Origin: Antedon mediterranea
Taxonomy: Eukaryota > Animalia > Echinodermata
DNA length: 64,000 bases
Reading direction: 5' to 3'
Assembly (NCBI RefSeq): GCF_964355755.1
Contig: NC_092671.1
Location: 24,192,070 to 24,256,069, forward strand
In this document: piece by piece, positions 49,977 through 62,469 of the stretch
Numbering within the stretch: the stretch's first letter is position 1
Layout: each line of letters starts with the position of its first letter
Notes under the pieces: generated by a model
The model's input: the letters and a program-made list of their open reading frames with translations, nothing else
Database searches by the model: none
What the model was told of the DNA's origin: nothing
Position numbers and translations under genes: made by a program

Positions 49977-50741
49977 ATGGGTTCACCGATCGATAGTGCC
50001 ACTTTCAGTACTATTCATAACCTGTTGGCTGATGATCCTAATCTCATATCAATTGTGTCACAAAGCATTAGTAACCACATTTTGTCATCACCGGATCTCT
50101 TTAAAAATATTGTACATGCAATAACAACCAACAAAGTGTTAATTTCTGCAATTAGTAAACATATTTTAGACGCGGTCTCGGAATCTGTTTACAACAGCGT
50201 AACCGTGAACAACGCCTCAACTGCGGGCGACATTGATATTATTCGCCGCGAAAATGAAAATCTTGTAGCAGAAAACCGAACCATGATGGACAAGATCGAC
50301 GACTTAGAACAGTATAGTCGACGAAACTGCCTACTTTTGCATGGTATGCCTGAATCACCTAGAGAAGATACCGACGAATTAGCTATTAATTTAATAGGCT
50401 CTAAAATAACAGACAGTATTGAACTAAGCGATCTTGATCGAACTCATCGCCTAGGTAAAAGGAAGTTAGACGCAACAAAATCAAAACCACGGCCGATTAT
50501 CATCAAATTTACGTCGTACCGTTCCCGATCAGAAGTCTTTAAAAACAAAAAAATGCTTAAAAAGTCAGGTTTCACAATCACAGAAAACTTAACATCTAAA
50601 CGCCTTAATCTGCTTCATAAGACCTCAAACAATGAAGCTGTGGAAGCCGCATGGTCAATCGACGGGCGTATTACATGCATACTAAAAAGAAACAAGAAAA
50701 AGATGGTAATCAAATCGGAGTCTGATCTTCGCTGTATCTAA
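49977..50741 (+). CDS. LINE ORF1 protein (coiled coil + RRM, Transposase_22-like)
   Basis: DDLEQYSRRNCLLLHG, DLDRTHRLG, PRPIIIKF, ITENLT; true start may lie upstream (~49849, frameshifted). Confidence 0.8.
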   Translation: MGSPIDSATFSTIHNLLADDPNLISIVSQSISNHILSSPDLFKNIVHAITTNKVLISAISKHILDAVSESVYNSVTVNNASTAGDIDIIRRENENLVAENRTMMDKIDDLEQYSRRNCLLLHGMPESPREDTDELAINLIGSKITDSIELSDLDRTHRLGKRKLDATKSKPRPIIIKFTSYRSRSEVFKNKKMLKKSGFTITENLTSKRLNLLHKTSNNEAVEAAWSIDGRITCILKRNKKKMVIKSESDLRCI

Positions 50742-51649
50742 ATGATCGCCTTTCAGGACGTTCTTCATGGATCAACGAACAGATAAGTACTCTCGTAACC
50801 TTTGTGTTATCTGTTACCAATTGAAACTTAACTTTCATCAAATTGACATTTCTGACTCTTTGAATGTAATGTTATTGTCTCATAAATCAAAAGTAATTAA
50901 TTAATCATTTCCTTGCATCATTGCATTGACTTCTTATGACGTTTCCTCATGATTTTCACCTTTTGTATTTTACTTACCCATTTTCGCCATCGATTTCGGC
51001 TTGATTTGTTTGTGTTTTATTTCTCTGTTTTTAGTTTTATGTTATTACCATATTCACACAGAGTATTGACCTTTGTATGCTTCAATATTCAATACGTTTG
51101 TGCATGCGTGTGGGTGGATGTGTGTTGGTGTGTGTGATGGTGTGTTTGTGTGTTATATCTTATTGGTATCTTAGTTTTTAGTCTTCATTGTTTCTCAGTA
51201 TAAAAAATCTCTAAATAATCAGATTACATTGCCATGTGTCATTGCTTTGATTTGAACACTATTATCATCCAAGTGTTTAAGTGCCTGATTGCCATATTCA
51301 TGTAGTTTTCACAATTGTTTATACCATTCCATAATGTTCTCTTGTTTTGCAAATTTTAGTTCCTTGCCGGAGTTCTGTTTAACTCACCTTATTTTGACAG
51401 TCTTGTTTTTATGCATTGTTAATTTTTCTTTTTTCCAATATTCATTTTGATATAATATTTTTTTATTTATTTATACAGTGTATACTTATTTATATATATT
51501 TTATACATATATTTTAAATTATATATTAACTAGTATTTTCACTGAACAGATTTCTCTTTTTATATTTTCATTTTGACTAGATGTAAAACCTTAACGCAGA
51601 TGACGGAACATCGAACCACGACCGATTATCAAACATAAACTTCTTCCCC

Positions 51650-54392
51650 TTGCCCAGCTATTCAGACAACCGTGACATTAACAGGAGCCTTGGCAATTCT
51701 ACATCTAACATTGATCCCGACTCTAATTTTTTCACCAACAGCAACCACAGTCCCTCTCAATATTATGATCCTAATGAATTTCCTGTTGACTCACTTTCTG
51801 ATTGCTTCTCCACTATTCATTTCAACTCTAGAAGCATCCTCAAGCACATTGATGAAATTAAACAACTCCTATCATCCATTAATCTGTCTTTCGATATTAT
51901 TGGAGTAAGTGAAACTTGGCTCAAGTACGATAATCCTTTGGTCCAACTCCCAAATTATAATTTTGTCTCTAACCACAGAACCCATAAAGACGGTGGAGGA
52001 GTCGCCATGTATATCCTTGATACTCTACAATTCTCCATTAGAAGTGACCTACACCCACACCCTTCCAACTGCAAATCCATCTTTATTGAAATTAAACGGC
52101 CTCATCACAAAAACATTATAGTGGGTACTGTATATAGACCCCCCTCCTCTGACCCAAATCAATTCTTAATTGAACTTGACATTGTCCTTTCCAATTTAAC
52201 AAAAGAAAATAAAAATGTTTATATTCTTGGAGACTTTAACATTGACATTCTGAAACATGAATCCGACAATACTGCCCGTCAATTCATTAACACACTGTTT
52301 AGCAATCACTATCTTCCACTTATCGACAGACCATCCCGAATAACAAATTCCACAGCCTCATTATTAGATAATATTATTACAAATCAATTTGATTGTTCTC
52401 ATATAAGTGGTCTGCTATATAGTGATATCTCTGATCATCTCCCTGTTTTTAATATTTCAAACCTCTCTGATAGTTTTGCCACTAGCTCAAACAATGAAGA
52501 GATCCCATCTCTCAGACAGATTAACAATACGTCTCTTAACAACTTTTACCATGATGTCTCTAATCTAACTTGGTTTGATATCCTTAATTCTAATGATCCT
52601 GACTTTGCTTATGACCTCTTTGATAACAAACTTAAAGCCCTTTATGACCAACACTTCCCGTTACTGAAAAGGAACAATACAAACAAGAACAAAAAAATTA
52701 AATCTTGGATGTCAAATGGCCTGCTCAAATCAATAAAGTATAAACATAAACTCTATGCAAAATTTCTTCACCGCCCTTCTCCTGCCAATGAAATCAAATA
52801 TAAATGATATCGTAATAAACTTAACTCCACTATCAAAATTGCCAAAAGAATTCACTTTCATGATATTTTCACCAAGCAAAAAAATGATATTAAGGCAACC
52901 TGGAAAGCAATTAACTCTTTATTGAACCATAAAAACCGAAACCAAAACAAAGGCAATACCCCTGTCAACTGTAACGGAGTACCAACTAAAGACCCCGTCA
53001 TTATTTCTAAAGAATTTAATGATTTTTTTGTCGAAATCGGACCCTCCCTTGCTAACAAAATCCCTCCCAGCAATGTTTCTTTCAAAGAATTTCTTCCTCA
53101 ACCAAATCCGAAATCAATGTTCTTAACCCCTGTCCTAGAAGATGATATCATAAGAATTATCTCTTCCTTCGATAACAATAAAGCTCCTGGTACTGATGAC
53201 TTCCATACTAAAGCCATTAAACATGTTATCAACCTTATCTCCCTTCCCTTGTGTCACATTTTTAATCTTGTCCTCTGCAAAGGTGTTTTTCCGAACAGGT
53301 TGAAGCTGGCGCGCGTTACCCCTGTTTACAAATCTGGCCCCAAATCCAACCTTTCTAACTATCGATCGTCCTATCTCCATCCTGTCAATCTTTTCGAAAG
53401 CCTTTGAAAGAGTTATCTATGATAGAACATTTTCATTTATCAGCAAACATAACATCCTCTTCAAGAGACAATATGGCTTTAGAAATGGACATAACACCTC
53501 CATGGCTTTGATCGACCTCACTAACAAAATTATTCATGCATTCGAAAATCGTCAATTTGAAATCGGACTTTTCATCGACCTTTCCAAGGCTTTCGACACC
53601 ATTGATCATAATATTCTTCTTTTTAAATTGTCTCACTATGGAATCCGAGGACCCGCCTTAAACGTTTTCAAATGCTATCTCACTAACCGCTCCCAATGTA
53701 CTAAATATTTTAACTCTATTTCTAATTTTTGCCCTATCACCTGTGGCGTTCCCCAGGGCTCCTTACTTGGCCCTCTTCTGTTCACCCTTTACATTAATGA
53801 TATCCACCGAACCTCAAACCTGCTAAATTTGTTTCTATATGCTGATGACACTACAGTTTGTCATGCCAACAAAAATATCCAAACTCTTTTTGACACGTTT
53901 AATACCAACGTTATCCCCTTGTCCCAGTACTTTATTGCCAACAAACTCTCCCTCAATCATAATAAATGTAGTTACATCCTATTCGGAACCCCGCAGTTGA
54001 CTAGAGGTATTGATGTGTCCCCACTTAAAGTCGTTATTGATAATCAAGAAATCCCCTCTGTAAAGTATAATAAATTTCTTGGCATTATCATCGACAACTC
54101 TCTCTCATGGAAACCCCATATCCAAGAAATTGAGAACAAAGTGTCTAAGAACCTTGGGATCATTTCTAGGCTTTCTTCCTTCCTCCCAACTAATATTCTC
54201 AGGACCCTTTATTGCACACTCATCCTTCCTTATTTGAGCTATGGTAACATTGTCTGGGCCAACACTTACCCTACAAACATCATTAAACTCTCTATCCTTA
54301 AAAAAAAAAAGCTATCAGGACTACTTTCCTGTGCTGCTAACCGCTATTCATTCAATAATAACATTAAAAATTACCTTTTGTCTCATTACTGA
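51650..54392 (+). pseudogene. LINE ORF2 (APE endonuclease + RT), disrupted
   Basis: GVSETW, GGGV, VYRPP, GDFN, LLDN, SDHLP, DLSKAFDT, GVPQGSLLGP, YADD, KFLG; stop at 52805, frameshift ~53370, C-terminal deletion ~54320. Confidence 0.92.
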
Positions 54393-54964
54393 TCGATCTG
54401 TTTGATTTGGTCGTTGTTTCCATGTTCCGTGACTTGCTATCTTTATTATTCATTTGTCATCATAATTCGCTATATGCCATGCAGCTGTACTTTTTTCTGT
54501 TCTTTTTTTACTTTTTATTCCAACTTTTATCTACTGGTTTTATATATATTTTGTATTTCTTTATTGTTTAATTAATTTATTTTCTTTATTTATATTTTTT
54601 TCTTCTCTTAATTTAAATATGTAAGGCAATCCCGTCACAAGATTGTAATCTTTTTGGGATTTGCCTTCGTCCATTTTCTTGTTTTATCACTTGCCATTTT
54701 GTTTTTGTTTCTTTTGTCTTTTGGACGTGAATAAATGTTCTTTGAATTGAATTGAATTGAACTGTTAGTACTGAATTCTGTCTATTTTGTGTCATATAGT
54801 ATAATATACAGTACAAGTACAACCCGAGGGCGGGTTTCAAAATTAGTTTAAAGCCTTCTCAGTATATAACACCCGACGCCAGTATCTCCCTATACTTACC
54901 AACCTCCACCCCACACTGTTTTTTAAAAACAAATTTTTCCCAGATTTGCTTAAAAATGAGAGGG

Positions 54965-55302
54965 GTATAGAGTTCTGTGGTTGCTAGCCAACCAAAAAAT
55001 TGATTCAACCTGCCTGTGTGACTCCAAGGTCACTTATGGAAGTAGTCATTTTAAAACTTAATAATTTTCAATAAAAACAAACTAAAATTTCAAAAGATCA
55101 CTAAATATTTGTTTTTAATAATCAGTATTTATTGTTCAACAATTTTAGTTAAAAAAAAAGAGCTACGAATAAGATACATAATTTGATAGAAGTACAGATC
55201 TATACAGTTTATCAACATAGAAGCGTCGAACGCAGTTTTTGGTTGGCTAGCAACCATGCAGCGCCATCTATTGTTGTGACGTCACACCGCTGAACTCTAT
55301 AC
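54965..55302. mobile_element. Small MITE
   Basis: GTATAGAGTTC / GAACTCTATAC ends plus inner inverted pair TGGTTGCTAGCCAACCAAAA / TTTTGGTTGGCTAGCAACCA. Confidence 0.75.
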
Positions 55303-56174
55303 ATAGCTATGATACTTGATAGGCCTATGGTTTAAGTACAGTACCGGTATGTTGTAAACTGTAAATGAATAGTGTGTCATATTGGCTGATAATTAAAATA
55401 TCTAATTTTGATAAACTGCAACCCCCAACCTTCTTTCTCCTCTCACCATCCCAGCCAATCATTGATTTTTCTAACTACATTCTAAACAAGAAATATTTCT
55501 TACAAAAAATGCTGCTCGCTTATTGAAAAATATTTTTATTTCAAATGTAATTTAAACTTAAAGCAATAAATATTGTCTGTCAGACAATGGTTTTTTGGTT
55601 TCTTTTCTCTTTTTATATGTGAATAAATATTATTTTTTTGTTACAGAAGTGAATACTCAATTTCTGTCACTTTAGTTAATTTTATTGCTAAGGTCAAGTC
55701 TGGGGGTCACTTCATCACCCTAGATATTTCAAGTGTGAAGTATCCTTTACAAACACAAACTTTAATGGACTGTTTCGATAATAATTCAATGAATATCTGA
55801 CAGTGAATTACAGTCAAAAGTCAGTATTATAGTCAAATGGGACTCATACCAGAAATGCTTAGGGATTTGTAATTTATTTTAGCATGACATGTCCTAATAG
55901 ACTCTTTTCCCAGATGTTTTTGGGTCTACTGTAGCAGCTGGATTCTATAAATTATAGTGGAGTTTCCATTTTCGCAAAACTGTCATCCTTAGAACTATAA
56001 CTGTTGCTTGCTTTAGCTTCTGATTGAGTAGTCCTAATGGGACATAGCGAGCTAGAGCAAATGAAGGTAATGTTACAGCTGCTATTTTTTTAGATTTGCA
56101 AAAGGCTTTTGACACCATAAATCATAACCTGCTTTTTAATGAATTAAAACAATATGGTGTGCATGGTAAATTGG

Positions 56175-56780
56175 TTTATTCATTCATTCATTCAATCTTT
56201 TATTTCGGAAACTCTGGTCCATAGAAGGTAAAAAATTACATATAAATGAAATAAAACAGACTAATTACTACTACTCATCTCAGGATGACATTCCACCTGG
56301 AGAGCATCTTCGACTTAACTAAGACGTTGCTTATAATCGTTGAGATTAAAATATTTTTGCTTGCATTAAGTCTACACATCAAGCCATATATTGATTTTCT
56401 TAAAAATTCATAAAAAGAAGGAATTATACATTCCGTAAACATGAGGCTGGCACTGCAATGTCGAGGCCTTTGCAACAACATTCTTAAACCATTATTGTAG
56501 CATACCTGGACTCTGGAGAGATCACAAGGTACAGTACCTTGATTATAGTTGCACCATAATGTAGCACAATACATATTTACACAATATGTTCTAAATAAGA
56601 CACTATTTCACATTGATAGAACACATACTAAATGGCTCGGATACACAAAGATCTGTATTGCCGCTTTATATCGAACTCATCACATAAATCCAAGGAGATA
56701 ACATGACCAAGATATGTGGTTGAGTCATACTTATCAGGAAGATCACAAGTTGTAAATATCAAATCATCTTTATCATTTTC
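56175..56780 (-). mobile_element. Non-LTR retrotransposon 3' fragment (RTEX/L2-like), abutting a short plus-strand CR1 RT piece at ~56085-56172
   Basis: YLGHVISLDLCDEFDIKRQ, MYCATLW..CYNNGLRMLL..SASLMF; AATAAA and (TGAA)n tail; FLDLQKAFDTINH on the plus strand. Confidence 0.75.
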
Positions 56781-56783
56781 TAA

Positions 56784-57397
56784 GGGTATGTTCAGACCTA
56801 CGGAGTTATGCTTTCGTATCACAGCCAAGGTCATATTTTAATGAGCGTCGTAAGAGCAAAGTGTTCAGATTCATTGCAACGAAGTTGCGTTACAAACGGA
56901 TATGATGTCACTCGCTGGCGATTAACCAAACTCTAACACACGCATACTACCTTCGTTATTAAAAGTAGTAGTGGTTGGTTTAGGAGTTACAGGCCTAGAC
57001 CGAACACTTGGGCTCGGCATTATCGATTGGTTGTCAGGCATACCAACCAGCCGATCGTTTTGGGGTTTGGGTTTATATTTGGTCTATGACCTGAAATATC
57101 ATTTATGGCAGAAAAATGTTCAAATCCCGTACTTGCACCGGCTCCAGATTTATTTACTCGGTCTTTCGCCACTTTATATGACGACCCCTTTAATTTCGTT
57201 TGGATATTAAATCCTTCTTTATGAGGATGGCCCATCTGCTATTACGTGTCCACCATCTCGTTGAACACAGACATCTTGCTGTCGGTGCTTTTACGCCAGT
57301 TTTTCACTTCCAACCGATCTCTGAACTCAGGGCTTCCCCACAATGAAATAAGGTATTTTACTTCGGTTTCTCGCCAATGCGCACGCTTCGATGACAT
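56784..57397 (-). mobile_element. Harbinger-derived fragment with a Myb/SANT-like pseudo-ORF
   Basis: TAA|GGGTATGTTCAGAC TIR (same as 36285). Minus ORF from 57397: MSSKRAHWRETEVKYLISLW...(stops)...KSGAGASTGFEHFSAINDISGHRP. Confidence 0.7.
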
Positions 57398-57731
57398 TTT
57401 AAATTAATTAATATAATAATATTAATAATAATACTGTATAGTATAACAACAAAAGGTATGATTTTTTCGCACGTTCACCGATCACAACAAATGGATCAGC
57501 TTGGCTATACGATGAGGAGCACATGTCACAATGTGATGTGGCGAATATTGTAATTTGATTGGCTAGATATCTAACCTAGGTCCAATAATAACAAAGATAT
57601 TTATATTTTAGTTTACTCTGTAGCAATGTTAGTATACTTATAGGTATACGGGGGTCACGACTTAAAGTTCAGTGAACTTACTGTGACCTCCATCCACTCG
57701 CATTTAATATATGTTGTTGTGTAAATTATAT

Positions 57732-60030
57732 GGTGTCAGATGAAATCGGTCGCGTTTGAAATCGGTCGCGATAAAATCAACTTTCGGTATTTTGTATGGC
57801 GCGCCGAGAGCTATACGTTTAATAATATCGGTCGCGTTTGAAATCGGTCGCGCTTTTTTGCATGGGACGCACTAGATACATTTTTAATGAAAACGCTAAT
57901 TATGTTTTTAGTTAATTTTGAATTTAGAATTTCTAATACTATTAACATTTTGTTTACCTCGATCGTTATTATTTTTTTAGTACAGTAAATATAAATATTT
58001 ATCTCATTATTTATAAATAATTTGTGTTTTCATTTTATCTTACAGGTGTCAATGAATAATTGTAATGTTTTCGTTTAGAAAATCGTTTTAAAATGTGTTA
58101 TTACCTCCGCCAAGGAGGTTATGTTTTCACCCCTGTATGTTTGTTTGAGCGTGTGTGTGTTTGTGTGTGTGTCTGTGAACAGCCTGGAGGCCACAGTTTT
58201 CATGCGATTCTTACCAAATTTGGCCAGTGATCTATGCCCCAAAAGCTTGGACGAGTTTGATTGTGAGGGGAAAGGTCATAGTTCAAGGTCACAACTAACA
58301 AAAAACTATTTTACTGCCTAGAGACCACAGTTTTTATCCAATTCTCACCAAACTTAGCCACAATGATCAATAACACATCATATAATTGTGTTTAAATTTT
58401 GAAGGGTCAGGGTCAAAGAAAAAAAATTTTTTTTAAATATATATTTTCCGGGAAAATTTTATGTAGGGGAATTTTACAATAGGCGGAGGTTTGTACTCTC
58501 GGAGTACCCTCTAGTTGAATTTTGTTTAAGTTTTTGAAAAGATTAGCATGCCACTGTTTAAAATTTTAAAATTGTTGAATTAAACAAGTAGACGCGCCTA
58601 TTGCGTATTTTTTAATCACAGTTAATTACGAAACTAGTTCTATACCTGCAAGTGGATACCAGTTTAATGAGGTTTATGCAATAAAGGAAGATGATGTATG
58701 ACGATGATTTTTACGTTTGATATCCGCCACTCTTACGTGAGCATGGTTTTAGGATAATACTAATAAAATAATATGCCGTTATAAATCTATCTACATTGTA
58801 CAATGATACTGTAGGCCTAGATGTAAGAATAATAATGGATGGATAATAAAGGTGGGCACAATTCTCAAAGAGGTAATCTTGCACTGATATTTAAACATTT
58901 AGATTTACGAACGGCGTGACACTGAGTGGTACTTAATCATTTACATTTATTTAGTGATTATTATAAATGAAGAAATAAAAGATAATTCAAATTTAAAATA
59001 GTATCGCCGACGTACAGTATATACGTAAATTATACATAATTTCACCATGGAACTAGGTTTCACAAAAACATGTGCAGGCCTATAGATGTTTCAAACGTAT
59101 GGTTATATAGTAATAGGCCTATTATACGTCATCTTTACATGTCCATGGACAATGATCGTACGTGTTTTGTCCATGATTTGACACACTAGTGCGTGTTATT
59201 TTTAAAAGGGAATCCCCGTCAGCAAAATAACGTGCAGTTAACGTCTGCACGATCATAGAAGGCGCATCCACGATATGGCCTATTTCGAGATTTATTTCAG
59301 TAACTCGCCTTTTAACGATCCGCATATATTTTAATCATTTTTTACTAGAAAATATTTTAGGCCTAAACATATACACGTGATTTGCCTCAACAATATTCAT
59401 TATAGGCCTATACTTAATATTATCCTACATAACGTACGGACATAAATAAAATAGAAATTAAAATAAGGTAATCCAATAGTAAGTTTTTAACGACATGGAT
59501 ATGATATATCTGCCACAGTATGCATAAGTATAAAAATGGATACGCTGGCTTTACAGGCTATATATTGTTTGATTAATAAAAGACACAGACGTACGGTATA
59601 TTCTCTATATAATATATTAATTACAGTACATAATAAAATAGAGGTAAATTATTATATGCCTAATAAAATATTTAAACGTGTTTAGAAATGGCCATTTAGA
59701 AAAGACACAGTCCTTCTTCTCCGAGACCTGTGAAATAAAAAAAAAAAGTAAAATGTATATCCCGCTAGCATGCATCTTGCTCCATACAAAATAGCGCGAC
59801 CGATTTCAAACGCGACCGCTTTCAAACGTATAGCTCTACAGGGAATAATTTCGCCAGTGTAGCATAGCAAAAAGCTATACAAAACAACCTTTTTGCTACA
59901 CATTTCTAAAATCAGTTTGATTAGCAATTTTGCTAAACAAAATTTTCAAATGAAATTTTTCCTTGCTCTAGCGGCGCGCCATACAAAATACCGGAAGTTG
60001 ATTTTATCGCGACCGATTTCATCGTAAACC
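57732..60030. mobile_element. Non-autonomous TIR element with 8-bp TSD (MULE- or Merlin-like)
   Basis: AATTATAT|GGTGTCAGATGAAATCGGTCGCG ... CGCGACCGATTTCATCGTAAACC|AATTATAT; repeated AAATCGGTCGCG motifs. Confidence 0.85.
58101..58516 (+). mobile_element. HINE/DINE-1-like element nested in the 57732-60030 element
   Basis: TTACCTCCGCCAAGGAGGT..(GT)n..GGCGGAGGT..ACTCTCGGAGT..CTAGTT. Confidence 0.78.
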
Positions 60031-60128
60031 AATTATATATAGGCCTAGCCTATATATCCTAGGCCTATAGTGAGTGGAAAAAATAAATAAACGAATAGTG
60101 TAGGCCTAGGCTAGGCCCTATCTATTCC

Positions 60129-62167
60129 GAGTGTTGACAAAGTGCGAGGCAGCGAGGCAAGCGAGGCATGCCAAATATTTGTGCGAGGCATCATTTTATC
60201 ATTTCCAAAAGTGCGAGGCATGCGAGGCATATAGTTTACAATTTCAAAAAGGTGCGAGGCATAGCTTAACGTGCTATTATGCTATATTATAGGCCTAATA
60301 ATCAATCGATACAAGCGTATCTAAATAGATTCGTGTATACACTCATCATGTTGTTTATTTTTATGTAACGATTGTTTTTTCATTCAAGTCATATCGTGTC
60401 AAATTTTACTTTTACAAAAGTGCCCAAACTACGGTTCAAAAATCTGAACGACAGTCTTCAACTTTCGATAAACAATAATTGTTATAGCGACACACTCATC
60501 AAATGACTGCAATGTTTGTTGGCATTTCGAGCGTGTTCACTCACATGTCTCTCGAACATAGCAGAGTGAAAATAATATTTTGTCACACCCCTGCGCCTAG
60601 ATCCGGTAGACCCGAGAGATGGAAAATCCCTCTTTACTATTTAGCAGGTAGCGGAATGATTCAGCCCTCAGCTCAGAGGATTGTGGCGCATTCCCCTCCT
60701 ATAGCACGTGGTTTCAGCAGCAATGCACAGACTTCTCTCTGAGCGGCGTGCCAAAGACATTTTTGACATTCCATTCTCTAGGAACAACACGTGTACCTCT
60801 CTCGCAAATAAGGTGAACAGCGATTGCCAGGACAAGTTCAATAACTGGCGGTGAATAAAAGGTAACTGATATGCCGATCCAATAACATGCCGCAAAGAAA
60901 AAAATTGCGACAGAATTCTGGAGCGCGTGTGAAAAAAGACTTACGTCCGACAATTGTAATACTAGGCCTAAAATTAAACTTTAGCTAATATGCTTAGCCC
61001 TAACCTAGATAAGAGGCCTATGTAGAAAATAATTTAATCAATTTTGATATAATAATAATTGGTGTAATATTTAATAATGATACACTATTCCTGTTTTAGT
61101 AAGCTAGGTATATTACGAACGATTTTTATTTATTGTTGTCCATGTACGTACTAATAAACCTGGCGCTAGTTTCCTTCGCTTGTATTTTTACTCCAAATTT
61201 GATAACTAACTTTATCGTGTGAATACCACACCTTAGAAGTATACCTCATGAGTACTTTAATGAAAGAATCACATAAAAAGTAACAAATAAATCCTTAAAT
61301 TAATGATTTTACAGGCGTGTTTCTCGCACACTGTTCGCGAATTTCACTTATTCAATGTTCAATATTTTTGTTTCTATGGAGCGCCAAAAGAGCAACGATA
61401 ATAGAGGACTAAAACTCAGTGGAATGCGTCAATTTCTCATGCATTTATTGGTGAAAAACACGTTTCATTTCAATATATTTGTTAATTTGTCAATAAAAAT
61501 GTTGTAATATGTTACTGCTGATACTGTTCTGTTTTCAACGAATAATAATCGATCCTAAATCAACATCACTACCTAGTCTAGACCTAGGACATCCTACTAA
61601 GGATATTATGATGAATTTTTCTATTTTATTCTTTAAAAGGTTAACGAAACCGTGTACATTATCAACAGTAACATTTTTCCTTACTGACAGTGACAAAATC
61701 TATTCAAATTGTACTTGATTTTCACCAAATAATGCGTTAAATATAAATGGATTCCACAGAGTTTTTAGCCTCTAATTAATTTTGCTCTTTTGGCGTTCCA
61801 TAGAAACCAAAATATTGAACATTGAGTGTGCAAAATGCGAGAAAAACAACGTCTGTAAAATCACGAATTTAATGGATTTATTGTTACTTTTATGTGATTT
61901 TTCTTCATTAAAGTAGGCCTACTAATTCTAAGCTGTGGTATTCAGGATAAAGTTGGTTAAAATACAAGGCAGGTGCAAAGGGAAACTAGCCTAGCGGGCC
62001 TAGGCCTAGGCTACTTCAATTTCGGTGATTTCCTGCCTTGCAATTTTGAGAAATGATAAAATGATGCCTCGCATTTTTTGATGATGGTAAAACGATGCCT
62101 CGCATAAATTTCTGACTTGCCTCGCATGCCTTCCCTGCCTCCCGTGCCTCGCACTTTGTTACTACCC
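60129..62167. mobile_element. Non-autonomous TIR element with 8-bp TSD and GCGAGGCA subterminal repeats
   Basis: TCTATTCC|GAGTGTTGACAAAGTGCGAGGCA ... TGCCTCGCACTTTGTTACTACCC|TCTATTCC. Confidence 0.82.
61164..61990. repeat. Long diverged inverted repeat (arms ~250 bp: 61164-61426 and 61749-61990)
   Basis: caatgttcaatatttttgtttctatggagcgccaaaagagcaa vs ttgctcttttggcgttccatagaaaccaaaatattgaacattg, extending on both sides. Confidence 0.85.
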
Positions 62168-62469
62168 TCTATTCCTGGCCCGAATTAGGCCTATTCTATA
62201 GGCTAGGCTATCTTTGAAGATAGGGCCTAGGCCTCGTAGGCCTCTAGCTAGGAAGGAGGCCTAGGCCTAGGGCCTATCCCATATAGATAGGGCCTAGCCT
62301 AGCCATAGGCTAGGCCTATTAATATTAATAATAATATTTATTAATTAATAAAACAGTCTTTGGCTACTAGTACTACACCATGGTCCATGCATAATCAATG
62401 TTACCCCAAGGTAAGCCTATTCATTCATTTAACTTTAAATATATATCAACATATTTTTAGGTTACTTAC

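Larger units (their letters stand above)
49741..54760 (+). mobile_element. Near full-length CR1/L2-group LINE, lightly decayed
   Basis: ORF1 + ORF2 + AATAAA and (AATTG)n tail; possible TSD ACTGTTA at 49734-49740 and 54761-54767. Confidence 0.92.
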
